From positions 160,001-224,000 of the forward strand of contig JAXGMI010000001.1 of the NCBI GenBank assembly GCA_040768745.1: a DNA stretch of 64,000 nt. The letters run 5' to 3'. Source of the DNA: Desulfomicrobium sp. (GTDB taxonomy: Bacteria; Desulfobacterota; Desulfovibrionia; Desulfovibrionales; Desulfomicrobiaceae). The notes beneath the pieces are model-generated. The model saw only the letters and a program-made list of their open reading frames with translations. It did no database searches and was not told the origin of the DNA. Below are positions 61,868 to 64,000 of the stretch, piece after piece (positions within the stretch are counted from its first letter, which is position 1; each line of letters begins with the position of its first letter). A program made the position numbers and the translations under genes.

Positions 61868-63569
61868 TCATGCATGCAGGGTGGTGAATTCGAAACGGAG
61901 CACGTCCACCAGTCCCTTGTCCGTAAGCCGCAGCTTGGGAATGACCGGCAAGGGAAAGAAACGAAAGCTGCATGAAGGGATTGATGTCGCCGGGACAACC
62001 CAGACTGCGCGCCGCCTCATTCAGGCGGTCCAGACCCGCAGCCACTGTCTCGGGATCCTCAGGACTCATCAGTCCGGCCAGAGGTAGTGGCAGGAGTTCC
62101 AGCACAGCACCATTCCGCACGCACACAAAACCTCCGCCGCATTGGGCGAGGCTCTGGACGGCGAAGAGCATGTCCGCATCCGAGACGCCAGCCACAATCA
62201 GGTTGTGCGAGTCATGGGCCACGGTGCTGGCCAGGGCCCCTGACCGCAATCCCAGGCCCCGCACCAGGCCCAGGCCGATGTTCCCGCTGGCGTGATGACG
62301 CTCAAACACGGCCAGCTTTGCCACATCGGCCTCTGGCATGGCCTGGATCAGGCCACTGACTTTCCTGGGTTCAATCAGATCCACTTCCGTCACGATCTGG
62401 CCGGGCACTGTGCGGATAACCTTGACCCTCCCGCTCGTTGGGGCAGGCATATCCAGACACGTGCCCTTCATTCCGGCCAGGTGCACGGACGTGGTCACTG
62501 CCTGGGCGGTGAGCCCGGCGGTCCATACCGTCGAACGCACAGGCTGGCCGGCCAGGAAAACCTCGTCAATGGCAAAGTGCTCAATGCTGTCCAGGAGCAG
62601 AAAATCCGCACGGTATCCCGGGGCCACGGCCCCTCGTCCGCGCAGGCCGAAGTAACGGGCGGTGTTGATGGACGCCATCTGGATGGCCCGCACCGGGGGC
62701 TGCCCCCTGGAGATGGCCAACCGGATTGTGTGGTCCAAATGCCCCTCGCGCACAAGATCATCGCAATGGCGGTCATCCGTGACCAGGGAACAGTTCTGGC
62801 TGTTGAACTCGGTGATCAGGGGCATGAGGCTGGCCAGATTCTTCTCTGAACTGCCTTCCCTGATCATGATGTGCATGCCCTTGCGCAGCTTTTCCCGCGC
62901 CTCCTCCACGTCGCAGGCCTCGTGGTCGCTGCCCGGTCCGGCCAGGATGTAGGCATTGAGATCGAACCCCGAAAGACCCGGGGCATGGCCATCCATGGGC
63001 CGCCCGGCCGCCGAGGCGATCTTGGAGAGGACGGCCGGATCCTGAAAGAGCACCCCGGGGTAATTCATCATTTCCGCCAGCCCCAGCATGCGCCCCGGAT
63101 GCCTGGCCAGCATGACCCGGATGTCTTCCGCGGAGATGGAGGCTCCGGCCGTTTCCAGGTGCGTGGCCGGCACGCAGGATGGCATCATGCAGTAGATCTC
63201 CAAAGGCAGGTCCCGGGTTACATCCAACAGCCATTCAATGCCGGGCAAGCCAAGCACATTGGCCAATTCGTGGGGATCGCAGACCACCACGGCCGTACCG
63301 TGGGACGCCGCCAATCGGGCAAAGCGGACCGGATCGAGCAGGGTGGACTCGATATGGATGTGCCCCTCGACGAGACCGGGACAGACAAACCGCCCCTGGG
63401 CTTCAACAACCGCCCGCGCCGTGTATTCCCCGAAACCGACGACCATCCCGTCGGTGACCCCGATGCTTGCGGCGTGGACCTCTCCGGAAAGAACATTGAT
63501 CAGGCGACAATCCCGGACAAGTAGATCCACCGGTACGAGTCCTCTGGCGGCTTGCAGCAGGTGATTCAT
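61868..63569 (-). CDS. ade: Adenine deaminase (extra base ~61953; the 1036-aa ORF is an artefact)
   Basis: EGHIHIES, DPHE, EMMNYPG, DGHAP, SDHE, AHDSHN; restored end LPVIPKLRLTDKGLVDV. Confidence 0.92.
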
Positions 63570-63605
63570 GGGCATGGCTTCACCTCGGATACGGTTGGAT
63601 GCGAT

Positions 63606-64000
63606 TCAGGGGCGGGTTTTCCAGCGCCGGTGCATCCAGAACCACTGCTCCGGATACCGCTGAACCATGGATTCGACTGCCTGGGTATAAAAACGGCAAA
63701 TCCTTCTGATCCGTTCCCCCTGTCCCCGGAAAGGCTGCGGGTGTCCAGGGGAGGGAGGGTCACCATGCGGAAACGGCCGTGGGGCAGCCGGAGCAGGAAA
63801 ACCGGCCAGACTTCCGCCTTGGCCCGCAGGGCTAGGATGGCCGGCCCCTTATTCACGGCTGCGATCTTGCCCAAAAAGGGAGGAACTCCGCCTCGGCCCT
63901 GTTGCAGTTGTGATCCACCAGAAAGGCACCTGCTCCACCGGCCCGCAGATGGTTGAGGGTCTGCGTAGCCGCGTCCCGATGGGGCAGGATGCGGATCCTG
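63606..64000 (-). CDS. Lipid A lauroyl/myristoyl acyltransferase, LpxL/HtrB-like (5' end outside window; frameshifts ~63875 and ~63718)
   Basis: Hand translation: FLVDH...PFLGKIAAVNKGPAILA...RYPEQWFWMHRRWK. Confidence 0.85.

Noticed and set aside
60465..63575. 1036-aa adenine deaminase fusion
   Set aside because: Produced by one extra base near 61953; the tail is antisense to sucCD.
1..64000. CRISPR arrays, tRNA/rRNA genes, IS elements or integrases
   Set aside because: No regularly spaced repeats, structural-RNA signatures or transposase/recombinase motifs were seen by eye.

Overview
GC-rich chromosomal window, inferred from gene content to be from a sulfate-reducing Desulfovibrionales bacterium (Desulfomicrobium-like). 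In order it holds: a chemotaxis cluster (STAS, cheA, cheW, cheB); a FAD oxidoreductase and typA; a methyltransferase and a Crp/Fnr regulator; yitJ and a nitroreductase; a znuACB-zur operon with two Zur-like boxes; rhodanese, MauE and MBL-fold genes; an arsR-hgcA-hgcB mercury-methylation operon; an HD protein; recCBD; a DUF748-like protein; acpS, ssb and an acetyl-CoA carboxylase cluster; PNP; a HEAT-REC protein; fadL and tetR; lptFG; comEC; a large degenerate-PHP membrane protein; ntrYX; a fused sucCD; ade; and a lipid A acyltransferase. The main finding is that hgcA has an N-terminal extension missed by the ORF track. It contains an in-frame Cys-TGA followed by a SECIS-like hairpin, so HgcA is probably a selenoprotein, and it sits behind an ArsR repressor with a palindromic operator. 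Other observations: an attenuator-like typA leader, a cluster of N-X-T sequons in the DUF748 linker, a rare-codon patch in recC, and a higher-GC block around hgcAB-recBCD. About 13 frameshifts after ~49.8 kb, mostly in homopolymer runs, look like long-read errors. No rRNA, tRNA, CRISPR array or IS element was recognised.
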